From contig CAVSAC010000012.1 in assembly GCA_963725865.1 (NCBI GenBank), forward strand, positions 512,001 through 576,000: DNA of 64,000 nucleotides, written 5' to 3'. Under the pieces are notes generated by a model. The model saw only the letters and a list, made by a program, of their open reading frames with translations, made no database searches and had not been told where the DNA came from. How positions within the stretch are numbered: position 1 is the first letter of the stretch; every line of letters starts with the position of its first letter. This DNA comes from Candidatus Eiseniibacteriota bacterium. GTDB taxonomy: Bacteria > Eisenbacteria > RBG-16-71-46. This document shows, piece after piece, positions 20,352-29,657 of this stretch. Made by a program: the position numbers and the translations under genes.

Positions 20352-21923
20352 TTGAACCGTTCCCGCTGGATCGCGCTGGCCGTCTTCGTCGCACTCGCCG
20401 CGCTCGCGGTGTTGTGGTGGCGCGCCCGCCACGCGCAGGAGGCGCCGAAGTTCCGGACCGCCCAGGTCGAGCGCGGCAGCGTCGAGCTGGTGGTCTCGGC
20501 CACCGGCACCGTGACCCCGGTCGTGCAGGTCGAGGTCGGCAGCCAGGTCAGCGGCACGGTCGCGGAGCTGTTCGCCGACTACAACTCCCAGGTCCGCAAG
20601 GGCCAGGTGCTCTGCCAGATCGAGCCGTCGTCGTTCAAGGCTCACGAGCTGCAGGCCGAGGCCGCGGTGGCGCGCGCCGAGGCCGCGCTGCTCGACGGCC
20701 AGCGCCAGTACAAGCGCGCGCAGGAGCTGATCCCCGAGAACTACGTCTCCCAGGCCGACGTGGACGCCGCCGAGGTGCAGGTGCGCCAACGCGAGGCCGA
20801 CCTCAAGCAGGCGCGCGCGGCGCTCCAGGTGGCGCGCGTGGACCTCGACAACACCACCATTCGCGCGCCGGTCGACGGCGTGGTGATCTCGCGCGCGATC
20901 GACCGCGGCCAGACGGTGGCGGCGAGCCTCTCGGCGCCCAAGCTGTTCGTGATCGCGAACGACCTGCACGCGATGCAGATCGAGACCCGCATCGACGAGT
21001 CCGACATCGGCGTGATCCAGCCCGGGCTGCCGTCGACGTTCACCGTCGACGCGTTCCCCGACGCCACGTTCCACGGGCAGGTGCAGCAGGTGCGGCTGGA
21101 GCCCATCATCGAGCAGAACGTGGTCACGTACACGACCGTGATCCAGGCGCGCAATCCCGACCTCAAGCTGCGCCCCGGCATGACCGCGAACGTGACGGTG
21201 CTGGTCTCCAGGCGTGACGACGTGCTCAAGGTCCCGAACGCCGCATTGCGCTTCAAGCCGCCGATGGACGCGAAGCGCAAGGGCGGGCGCGGCGACAGCA
21301 CCGGGGGCGCGGCGGTCGCGAGCGAGCGCGGCGCGGGCGGACGCGACGGCGGCGCGGCGCACGGCGACAGCACCGCGCGCGGCGCGGGCGGCGCGCTGGC
21401 GCCGGGCGGCGATCCGGGTGGCGCGAGCGCGCGCGGCGCCGGAAGCGGCGCGAGCTCGCCCGCGCTGGAGACCTACCGTCGCGAGCTGTTCGGCAAGGTG
21501 CGCAGCGGCGAGCTGACGCGCGAGCAGGCGACCGCATTGATGCGCGACCGCGCGGGCAGCAGCGGTGGCGAGGGCGACGGCCGCGCGGCGGGCGGTGGCA
21601 CCGGCGGCGGCGCCGCCGCCCGCAACTGGGGCGGCCAGCACCGCGGGCTGCGAACCGAGGGGGCCGATGGCGCCGCGGGCGCCGATGCGCCGGCGTTCAA
21701 GCCGGGCTCGGTGTACGTGCTGCGCGACGGCAAGCCGGTCGCGGTGCGCGTGCTCACCGGCATCAGCGACGGCGCGTTCACCGAGCTGAAGACCGACGCG
21801 CTCAAGCCCGGCGACACCATCCTCGTGGGACTCGACGTGAACTCCAAGAGCAACCTGACGCCGCCTCCGGGCATGGGCGGTCCGATGATGGGACGGGGCG
21901 GCGGCGGAGGAGGCCGGCGATGA
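20352..21923 (+). CDS. Periplasmic adaptor (membrane fusion protein), MacA-like
   Basis: GGAGG then TTG at 20352; N-terminal TM; VEVGSQVSG, IRAPVDGVV, LRPGMTANV. Confidence 0.88.
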   Translation: MNRSRWIALAVFVALAALAVLWWRARHAQEAPKFRTAQVERGSVELVVSATGTVTPVVQVEVGSQVSGTVAELFADYNSQVRKGQVLCQIEPSSFKAHELQAEAAVARAEAALLDGQRQYKRAQELIPENYVSQADVDAAEVQVRQREADLKQARAALQVARVDLDNTTIRAPVDGVVISRAIDRGQTVAASLSAPKLFVIANDLHAMQIETRIDESDIGVIQPGLPSTFTVDAFPDATFHGQVQQVRLEPIIEQNVVTYTTVIQARNPDLKLRPGMTANVTVLVSRRDDVLKVPNAALRFKPPMDAKRKGGRGDSTGGAAVASERGAGGRDGGAAHGDSTARGAGGALAPGGDPGGASARGAGSGASSPALETYRRELFGKVRSGELTREQATALMRDRAGSSGGEGDGRAAGGGTGGGAAARNWGGQHRGLRTEGADGAAGADAPAFKPGSVYVLRDGKPVAVRVLTGISDGAFTELKTDALKPGDTILVGLDVNSKSNLTPPPGMGGPMMGRGGGGGGRR

Positions 21924-23134
21924 ACTTCAGCGCGGTGATCTCGGTGGGCGTGACCGCGCTCACGCGGAACAAGATGCGCCTGGTGCTCACGACGCTCGGC
22001 ATCGTGATCGGCGTGGCGGCCGTGATCGCCACGCTCGCGATCGGACAGGGCGCCCGCAGCGCCGTGCAGGCGCAGATCCGCGCGATGGGCGCCAACGTGC
22101 TCATGGTGATCCCGGGCACCCAGACGGCGGGCGGCGCGCACATGGGCATGGGCGGCATCACCACGCTGACGCTCGACGACGCGTTCGCGATCCAGCGCGA
22201 GTGCCCCGCCGTCTCGGCGGTGGCGGCCACGGTGCGCACCAATGGCCAGGTGGTCTACGGCAACCAGAACTGGGGCACCCAGATCCAGGGCGTGACCGCG
22301 GCGTTCGTCGACGTGCGGCAGTGGCCGATCGAGAGCGGCGTGTTCATCACCGACTCCGACGTGCGCGGCGCCGCCAAGGTGTGCGTGCTCGGCAAGAGCG
22401 TCGCGCGCCAGCTCTACGGCGACGGCAACCCGGTCGGCACCGTGATCCGCATCAAGGAGGTGCCGTTCAAGGTCGTGGGCGTGATGTCGCCCAAGGGCGG
22501 CAGCGGCTTCGGCGACCAGGACGACGTGATCTTCGCGCCGCTCTCCACCATCCAGCGCAAGCTGCTCGGCATCACGTTCGTGCATACCCTCGTGCTGTCG
22601 GCGACCAGCGAGTCCGCGGTGAACAACGCGGTGGACCAGATCACCGATCTGCTGCGCCAGCGCCACCGCATCCGGCCCGGCGGCGACCAGGACTTCTTCA
22701 TCCGCACCCAGCTCGAGGTGGCGAGCACCGCCGAGGCGACCAGCAAGGTGATGACGATGCTGCTCGCGAGCGTGGCGGCGGTGTCGCTGCTGGTGGGCGG
22801 CATCGGCATCATGAACATCATGCTGGTGTCCGTCACCGAGCGCACCCGCGAGATCGGCATCCGCCGCGCGATCGGCGCCCGCCGCGCCGACATCCTGATG
22901 CAGTTCCTGGTGGAGTCCGCGCTGCTCTCGCTCGGCGGCGGCCTGCTCGGCGTGGTGCTCGGGGTGCTCGCCGCCACGCTGATCACCCAGATCGCGCGCT
23001 GGCCGACCATGATCGAGCCGGCCGCGGTGCTGATGGCGTTCGGGTTCTCGGCGATGGTGGGGCTGTTCTTCGGCTGGTACCCCGCGCACCGCGCGGCGCG
23101 GCTCGACCCGGTGGAGGCGCTGCGGTACGAGTGA
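21920..23134 (+). CDS. MacB/FtsX-family ABC permease without NBD
   Basis: LTTLGIVIGVAAV, GGIGIMNIMLVSVTERTREIGIRRAIGA, ALRYE C-terminus. Confidence 0.92.
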   Translation: MNFSAVISVGVTALTRNKMRLVLTTLGIVIGVAAVIATLAIGQGARSAVQAQIRAMGANVLMVIPGTQTAGGAHMGMGGITTLTLDDAFAIQRECPAVSAVAATVRTNGQVVYGNQNWGTQIQGVTAAFVDVRQWPIESGVFITDSDVRGAAKVCVLGKSVARQLYGDGNPVGTVIRIKEVPFKVVGVMSPKGGSGFGDQDDVIFAPLSTIQRKLLGITFVHTLVLSATSESAVNNAVDQITDLLRQRHRIRPGGDQDFFIRTQLEVASTAEATSKVMTMLLASVAAVSLLVGGIGIMNIMLVSVTERTREIGIRRAIGARRADILMQFLVESALLSLGGGLLGVVLGVLAATLITQIARWPTMIEPAAVLMAFGFSAMVGLFFGWYPAHRAARLDPVEALRYE

Positions 23135-23218
23135 CGCGCGCGAGCGCCGCGGTGGGACCCGGGGCGCTCGCGACGTGACGACGGGCGTCCGGCGCTGGCC
23201 GGGCGCCCGTCGCGGCAT

Positions 23219-25918
23219 TCAGCGCACCACCGCGACCCGCGCGCGCGCCACCACGCGGCCGTCGAGCGACAGGCGCGCGAAGCACAGCCCCGGCGGCAGC
23301 GGCGGCAGCGCCGCTCGCAGCTCGTGCGCGCCGGCACCGAGCGGTCCGTCCCACAGCGTCGCCAAGCGCCGGCCCGCGAGATCGAACAGCGCCCACTCGG
23401 CGCGCGCGGCACGCGGCGTCGCGAGCGCCAGGTGGAGCGCGTCGCGCGCGGGATTGGGCCACGGCGGGCGCACCGTCAGCGCGGGCGCACCGGCGTCGAC
23501 GCCGGCCGCCGGCCCCACCGGCGGATCGATGCGCAGGTGGTCGATGCTCCAGCCGCCCGCGCCCGTGAAGTCGTCGGCGGTCATGCGGAACCGCACGCGC
23601 GCCGGTCCGGGCGCGAGCGCCGAGAGGTCGAGCGCCTCGCTTCGCACGCCGGCCGAGAGCCCGCTCCAGCACGGCGAGCCGCTCGGGATCGGGGTGCCGG
23701 TCAGCATCGTGTGCGTGTAGCCGGCGACCGGCGTCAGCGGCGACCACCCGATGCCGTTCACCGAGGCCTCGATCCGCGCGCCGTCCCACGCGTGCGTGAG
23801 GTCGAACGTCTCCAGGTCGACGTGGTGGTCGAAGCGCAGCACGGTGCCGGGGGCGATCGTGGTCAGCAGCGGCGAGACCAGCACCGCGTCGACGTGCGGC
23901 GGGTAGCCCTCGCCGCCGTCGCGGCCGCAGTGCCACCCGCTGCCGCCGGCGGGCAGCGAGCCGTCGGCCGACAGCCGCCACTCGTCGCGCCAGTTGCCGC
24001 CCGCGCTCGCGTGCGTCCAGCCTGCGGCGCCGTTCTCCCAGTCCTCGATCCAGCCCCCGCCGACCGTCAGCGTGTCGGGCGTGGCACCGGCACCCGCCAC
24101 GTTCGGCACTCCCGCGGCGTCGCGCGCGACGAAGTGATAGGCGAGGCGCTGGCCGATCGCGAGCCCGGCGCCGAGCGGGACGGTGAACGTGTCGGCGCCC
24201 GCAAGGCTCGCGGGTGTCCACTGCGCGGGGCCGCCGTCGACGCTCCACGCCACCCACACCGAGTCCACGCCCAGGTTGTCGGTCACCCGTGCGAGCAGCG
24301 TGCGCGGAAGCTGCGCGGGGGCGCACGCCGCGATCGGCACGTGCGCGATCGCGGGCGGCGTCGCGTCGGGCCCGATCGTGAACGTGGCGGGGGCACTCGC
24401 GCCGCCGGGCGGATCGCTGGCGTCGATCCCGGCCGAGTCGCTGGCGGCGTACGCGTAGTACTCGATCACGCCGGGAACCCCGGGCCCCGGCAGCGTGCCG
24501 GCGAACGCGTCGCCGCCGGCGGGCGGCAGCGGCAGCGCGTTCCACGCCGACGCCCCCTGCGGCCGCCAGAACAGCCGCACCGACGCCGGATCGATCGCGC
24601 GCCCCAGCGCTCCGCCCGCGAGGCTCGCGTGCACCGTGAACGCGCGCGCGGCGCCGGCGTCCTCGACGTCGCGCAGCGTGGGGGCCGCGATCGCCACGTG
24701 ACCGGCGCGCGAGATCAGCGACACGTCCATCGCGCCGCGGCCGTCGGTCGCGGTCTCGAACCACGGCACGAACCGCGTGCGCAGCGTGTCGAGCTTGGCC
24801 AGGTCGGCGGCGGTCGCGCTGGTGCCGCGCGGCACCACCAGCGCGAGCGCGATGTGGAACGCCTTGGGTGCCGCCGTCACGTCGGGCACCCGCGGCCCCT
24901 CCGCGGCGATCACGTCGTCGACGCTCCACCAGGTCGCGCGCCCGCGGCAGCCGAGCCCCACGATCGGCGAGGAGGCGATCACGTACGCGGCGTCGGGCAG
25001 GTAGGCGTGCGGATCGTTGACCACGAACAGCGGCGGCACCTCGGCCGCGGCGCGCAGCCCCATCAGGTACTGGTCGAGCGCGAAGTAGTGACCGTAGCGG
25101 CCGACCGTGCGGAACGAATCGGGCGCGACCTCGTCCCACGCGCAGCCGTCCATCAGCGAGGAATCCACGTTCGCGAAGAAGTTCCAGTGCTGGTAGTCGC
25201 GCCCCAGCAGTCCGGGCGAGCGCGTGCCGGCGGAGTCCACGTACACGTACGCCAGCCACCGGTGCCCGAACTCGTGCCCCAGCACGTCGAGCGGGTTCAG
25301 TCCCCAGCCGTCGTCACGGTACGGGTCGTCCCAGTAGCGATGGAGCCCGTTCATGCTCATCACCATGCCGAGGCGCCCCGCGCTGCCGTAGCTGGCGCTG
25401 AAGTCGAACGGCACCAGCCCGATCCCCTGCGTGTCGTTGTGCAGCGGAAACGACGCCGCGAGCGCCCCCGGCGAGCCCAGCCAGGTGTTCTGTCCGCTCG
25501 CCAGGTAGAACGCGAGCGCGTCGTAATCGTCGCCGTGGGTGCGGAAGAACGCGTTGCTCGCCGCGGTGACGTCGAACAGCGGATGCCCCTGCGCGTCGGG
25601 GTAGAAGAACGTGCCGTCGTCCTCGAGCACCGCGATGCCGCCGACGTCGCGGCTGTTGGGGGTCGGCAGCGGATCGGCCAGCACGCGATCGAGGTGCGCC
25701 TGCAACGCGGCGACACCCGCGTCGGGATCCGACGCGCACTCCCACGCGCGATCGATCGCCGCACCCGCGGCACTCGCGCGCGCCGCCGCGATCGCGTGAG
25801 CGCGCGGCGCATCGGGCGCCGGGTGCGCACGCGTGACGGGAGCGGGCGATGCGGCCGCCGTCACGGGCACGAGGAGCGCGGCGCACAGCAGCAGGGCCGG
25901 TGAGCGCGATGAGCACAT
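23219..25918 (-). CDS. Secreted multidomain zinc metalloprotease-like protein with C-terminal FlgD/T9SS-like domain
   Basis: Signal peptide; HEFGHRW (HExxH); Ig-like and jelly-roll-like regions (WDGARIEAS, GWSIDHL); C-terminus WPNPARD...FDLAGRRL...PGLCFARL. Confidence 0.75.
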   Translation of the reverse strand: MCSSRSPALLLCAALLVPVTAAASPAPVTRAHPAPDAPRAHAIAAARASAAGAAIDRAWECASDPDAGVAALQAHLDRVLADPLPTPNSRDVGGIAVLEDDGTFFYPDAQGHPLFDVTAASNAFFRTHGDDYDALAFYLASGQNTWLGSPGALAASFPLHNDTQGIGLVPFDFSASYGSAGRLGMVMSMNGLHRYWDDPYRDDGWGLNPLDVLGHEFGHRWLAYVYVDSAGTRSPGLLGRDYQHWNFFANVDSSLMDGCAWDEVAPDSFRTVGRYGHYFALDQYLMGLRAAAEVPPLFVVNDPHAYLPDAAYVIASSPIVGLGCRGRATWWSVDDVIAAEGPRVPDVTAAPKAFHIALALVVPRGTSATAADLAKLDTLRTRFVPWFETATDGRGAMDVSLISRAGHVAIAAPTLRDVEDAGAARAFTVHASLAGGALGRAIDPASVRLFWRPQGASAWNALPLPPAGGDAFAGTLPGPGVPGVIEYYAYAASDSAGIDASDPPGGASAPATFTIGPDATPPAIAHVPIAACAPAQLPRTLLARVTDNLGVDSVWVAWSVDGGPAQWTPASLAGADTFTVPLGAGLAIGQRLAYHFVARDAAGVPNVAGAGATPDTLTVGGGWIEDWENGAAGWTHASAGGNWRDEWRLSADGSLPAGGSGWHCGRDGGEGYPPHVDAVLVSPLLTTIAPGTVLRFDHHVDLETFDLTHAWDGARIEASVNGIGWSPLTPVAGYTHTMLTGTPIPSGSPCWSGLSAGVRSEALDLSALAPGPARVRFRMTADDFTGAGGWSIDHLRIDPPVGPAAGVDAGAPALTVRPPWPNPARDALHLALATPRAARAEWALFDLAGRRLATLWDGPLGAGAHELRAALPPLPPGLCFARLSLDGRVVARARVAVVR

Positions 25919-26024
25919 GCGGGGTCTCCGGATCGGGGGGTCGAAGCCACGGACGCGGCGGGCGCCAGTCTAGCGCAGCGCCGCGGCGCCGACAGCGGCC
26001 GCGTGCGGCGGGTTCAGCGCGCGC

Positions 26025-27521
26025 TCACCTTCCGCCGAGCCATACCGCGAGCCCGTCGCCGCGGCTCGGCAGCGCGGGCGAAGGGCGGTGCGCGACGCCC
26101 GCCTCGGGCGGCTCGGCCACCGGCAGGCGCTCGTACTCGGCGGGGGTGAGCCACACGGTGGCGCGCCCGGTGGTCCACGCCGCGAAATCGGGGCGGTCGG
26201 TGAACAGCGGCGCCATGCGTTCGCCGCGCGCGGGGTCCGCGACGCGGAACGGCTCCAACTCGGCTCGCAGGCGCGGCAACGTGACGCGCAGCGCGCGGGC
26301 CTCGGTCGCCGCGGCGCGCATCTCGGGCGCGATCGAGGGCAGCACCATCAGCAGCAGCGCGCCCATCCACGCGCGCGGCCGCCGCGCCCACGCCGGTGCG
26401 AGGCCCGTGAGCGTCGCGGCGCCCCACGCGGCGGCGAGCGCCCACAGCGGCAGGAACGGCACCAGATAGCGATCATCGTAGAGCGTGAGCACCATGATCG
26501 CGACCGGCACCGCCGCGAGCGCCAGCGCCACCGCGCCCAGGCGCCGCACGTGCGGGGTCGCGAGCGCGGCGCCGAGACCGACCACCGCGAGCCAGCCGGT
26601 GGCGCCGGTGGGGGCGAGCAGCGCGCGCTTGAGCGCGTGCGGCAGCGTGTCGAGCCACTTGGCCGGCAAGCCCGGCAGCGCCTCGCGCAGCGCGTGGGGC
26701 CACAGCGCCGGCGGCAGCGTGAAGTCGCGCAGCACCGAGAGTCCCGGCCGCGCGCCCCAGTAGCCGATGATCAGGTAGCTCGACAGGTTGAAGAACGGCG
26801 AGCCGGTCGCGCGCCAGGTGTGCCAGCCCCACGGCGCCCACACCGCCAGCGTGACCGGCAGCACGATCCGCCACGCGCCGCGCCGCGCGAGCGGCAGCAC
26901 CAGCACCAGCGCGGCGAGGAACTCGGGCCGCACCAGCACGCCGGCGCCGAGCGCCAGCCCGGCCGCGAATCCGCGCGGGCGCTCGCGCGCGAGCAGGTCG
27001 AGCGCCAGCATCAGCAGCGCGGCGCCGACCGTCAGCGCCACGTCGTGATGCACCGCGCGCAGCGTGAGCGGCGAGAGCGTCCACAGCAGCGCGGCCGCGG
27101 CCCCCACCGGCGGGCTCACCAGCCGCGCGCCGAGGCGGAACGTGGCGAGTGCGGCGAGCAGCGCAGCGAGTGCCGCGAGCCACGCCATCTGGTCGAGCAC
27201 CGCGGGGCCGCACGCCGCGAGGACCGGCGCCACCACCAGCGGCAGCAGCGGGCCGTGCACCAGCACCGGCACCGTGCCGCGCACCGGATCGCGCAGCGAC
27301 CACAGCGGCGGATGGATCACGCTGGTCGTGCCGCCGGCGCCGGCGAGCAGGTGGCGCGCGGCGACGCCGTACTCCCACGTGTCGTCGAGCGGATCCGGCG
27401 TGCCCGCGCGCAGCAGCGCGAGGTCGGCGAGCCAGAACAGCGCGACCACGAGCAGCGTGCCCTGCAGCCACGGGCGCATGCGCGAAGCGGGCAAGGGGTG
27501 CACGGGGCGCGACGGTGGCAC
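26025..27521 (-). CDS. Polytopic GT-C fold glycosyltransferase (ArnT/PMT-like); start uncertain
   Basis: Many TM segments; DDTWEY acidic motif after TM1; RPE; RYLVP. Confidence 0.65.
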   Translation of the reverse strand: MPPSRPVHPLPASRMRPWLQGTLLVVALFWLADLALLRAGTPDPLDDTWEYGVAARHLLAGAGGTTSVIHPPLWSLRDPVRGTVPVLVHGPLLPLVVAPVLAACGPAVLDQMAWLAALAALLAALATFRLGARLVSPPVGAAAALLWTLSPLTLRAVHHDVALTVGAALLMLALDLLARERPRGFAAGLALGAGVLVRPEFLAALVLVLPLARRGAWRIVLPVTLAVWAPWGWHTWRATGSPFFNLSSYLIIGYWGARPGLSVLRDFTLPPALWPHALREALPGLPAKWLDTLPHALKRALLAPTGATGWLAVVGLGAALATPHVRRLGAVALALAAVPVAIMVLTLYDDRYLVPFLPLWALAAAWGAATLTGLAPAWARRPRAWMGALLLMVLPSIAPEMRAAATEARALRVTLPRLRAELEPFRVADPARGERMAPLFTDRPDFAAWTTGRATVWLTPAEYERLPVAEPPEAGVAHRPSPALPSRGDGLAVWLGGR

Positions 27522-27626
27522 GCGGCGCGCGCGGGGGTCAAGGCCGCGCGCGCCGCGGACCGCCCGGGTGCCCCGCGGCTGCGTGCTATAGTCCCGCGTC
27601 CCGAACCCGCGTACCGAGGGCCGAGC

Positions 27627-28892
27627 GTGAATCTCGATTGGCGTCGACTCCAGGCGGTCGTGCTCGAGAGCGATGACTGGGGGCTGTGCGCGTGGTCGCC
27701 GGACATCCAGGCCTTCCGCGTCCTCGCCGACGGCCCGGCGTTCCGCACCCAGCCGGGGCGGCGCTACGGCGCCTCGACGCTCGAGAGCGCTGCCGACGTG
27801 CGGCAGCTGGTCGAGTTACTGCTGCAGTTCCGCGGCGCCGACGGGATCGCGCCGGTGTGGCAGGCCAACACCGTGATGGCCGCTCCCGACTTCGCCGCGC
27901 TGAAGCCGCCGCAGTTCGAGCTCCAGACGCTGCCGCTGATCGACTTCCCGGCCACCCCGTCGCGCTGGCAGCGGCCGGGGCTCTGGGAGGCGATCACCGC
28001 CGCGATCGCGACCGGCGCGTGGTGGCCGGAGCTGCACGGCCTCCATCACCTGCCCGAGACCGCATGGCTCGTCGCGCTGCGCCGGGGCGTCGCCGACGCG
28101 CGGCGCGCGCTCGGGCACCAGAGCCTGATCTGCGAGGCGGTCGAGGCCTCGGGCGAATACGACCCGAGCGAGCCGGCGGCCGACCGCGCGCGGCGACTGG
28201 AGGCCGCGGTGGAGCGCTTTCGTCGGCTGTTCGGCCGCGCACCCGGCTCGCTGTGTCCGCCCGACTACCGCTGGGACGATCTGCTCGAGACCGCGGCCGC
28301 GCGCCACGGCATCGCGGTGCTGCAGGGCCGTGCCGAGCGCGTCGGGCCGCCGCTGCCGGCGGTGCGCCGGCTGGTGGGCCGCGTGCGCTGGCCCGAGACC
28401 TCGGGCGGGCTCTTCTGCATGCCGCCGCGCATCGCGTTCGAGCCGGCGGGTCCCGAGCAGCGGCAGGACAAGGTCGGCGCCGCCGCGGTCGCCCGCAGGG
28501 CGCGCGACGCTTGGAACGCGGGCCGCCCCGCGGTGATCAGCACGCATCGCGTCAACTACGCGCACCTGCAGCCCGGGTGGGCCGAGGGCGGGCGCGCGGC
28601 GCTGCGCGAGCTGCTCGCGACGCTGTGCGCGGCGGGAGCGCGCTTCTACACCGACCTCGAAGTGCGCGACCTGCAGCTGCGCGGCTGGTCGCTGCGCCCG
28701 CTCGGCGAAGGTCGCGCCCTGCTGCGCCACCACGGTGTGCCGCGCGAGCCGCTGCGGTTCGCGCCGCCCGCCGGCGTGACGGGGGCCGCGATCCGCGACG
28801 GAAACGGCGACGCCGAGCTGGCGTTCGACGCCGACCTGGTCGAGGTGCGCGCCAATCTCGGCGAGTACGTGCTGGAGTGGAGCCGCTCGTGA
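27627..28892 (+). CDS. Polysaccharide deacetylase-like protein (ESDDWG motif)
   Basis: GTG at 27627 downstream of TGcTATAGT; ESDDWG, ELHGLHH, PPDYRW, ISTHRVNY. Confidence 0.65.
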   Translation: MNLDWRRLQAVVLESDDWGLCAWSPDIQAFRVLADGPAFRTQPGRRYGASTLESAADVRQLVELLLQFRGADGIAPVWQANTVMAAPDFAALKPPQFELQTLPLIDFPATPSRWQRPGLWEAITAAIATGAWWPELHGLHHLPETAWLVALRRGVADARRALGHQSLICEAVEASGEYDPSEPAADRARRLEAAVERFRRLFGRAPGSLCPPDYRWDDLLETAAARHGIAVLQGRAERVGPPLPAVRRLVGRVRWPETSGGLFCMPPRIAFEPAGPEQRQDKVGAAAVARRARDAWNAGRPAVISTHRVNYAHLQPGWAEGGRAALRELLATLCAAGARFYTDLEVRDLQLRGWSLRPLGEGRALLRHHGVPREPLRFAPPAGVTGAAIRDGNGDAELAFDADLVEVRANLGEYVLEWSRS

Positions 28893-29602
28893 GCGATCCG
28901 TTCGCGGCGCTCGGGCGCACGCGCAAGGCCAAGTGGGCGTTCTGGAAGTTCAACTGGCTCGCGAACCACGCGGTGGTCACGGCGCTCGAGCGCGCCCGCG
29001 CGCACGCGCGCGGCACCCTGCTCGACCTGGGCTGCGGAACGCGCCCGTTCGCCTACCTGTTCGCGGGCCAGGTCGAGCGCTACCTCGGCACCGACCTGCC
29101 GTCCTCGGCCTACCTGACCGGGAATCCGCCGGACGCCTACGCCCGCGCCGAGGCGCAGCCGATCCGCAGCGGCGCGGTGGACACCGTGCTGGGGCTCTCG
29201 ATGCTGACCTACCTGCCGGAGCCCGACCGCATGCTGGCCGAGGCCTACCGGGTGCTGAAGCCGGGGGGCGTGCTGCTGCTGGAATTCACCCAGATGGTGC
29301 CGCTTCACGACGAGCCCTTCGACTACTTCCGGTTCACGCGCCATGGGGCGCAGTGGCTGCTCGAGCGGGCCGGATTCGAACCGGTCGAATACCTGCCGCT
29401 GGGAGGGCTGTGGAGCCGGGTCGGACTCAGCCTGATCGCCCCGCTCAACCGGCTGAACCGCGGACCCACCCGGCTCCTGACCGAACTGCCGGTCCGCGCG
29501 CTGTACGTGGTCATCCAACTGGCATGCTTCACCCTCGATCGGGTGTTCCCCAACCCCCGCGAGGTCCTTGGCCACCTGGTGGTCGCCCGCAAGCCGGCCT
29601 GA
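28889..29602 (+). CDS. Class I SAM-dependent methyltransferase
   Basis: LLDLGCG, RVLKPGG, HDEPFDYFRFT; GTGA overlap with upstream gene. Confidence 0.85.
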   Translation: MSDPFAALGRTRKAKWAFWKFNWLANHAVVTALERARAHARGTLLDLGCGTRPFAYLFAGQVERYLGTDLPSSAYLTGNPPDAYARAEAQPIRSGAVDTVLGLSMLTYLPEPDRMLAEAYRVLKPGGVLLLEFTQMVPLHDEPFDYFRFTRHGAQWLLERAGFEPVEYLPLGGLWSRVGLSLIAPLNRLNRGPTRLLTELPVRALYVVIQLACFTLDRVFPNPREVLGHLVVARKPA

Positions 29603-29621
29603 GCCGGTGGCCGCCCGATCC

Positions 29622-29650
29622 TTGACCCTGTTCTGACAGGACGGTACTCT
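29622..29650 (+). promoter_or_regulatory. Sigma-70-type promoter, probably leaderless, for the acyl-CoA ligase
   Basis: TTGACC-N17-TACTCT, ending 7 nt before GTG 29658. Confidence 0.6.
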
Positions 29651-29657
29651 CCTCGCC

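Noticed and set aside
26088..27626. Apparent large fusion ORFs (26088..28892, 33470..37381, 37257..39281, 41362..42750, 48401..52249, 56243..59107)
   Set aside because: The N-terminal extensions overlap other real genes; true starts are marked by SD sequences, promoters or stop/start overlaps.
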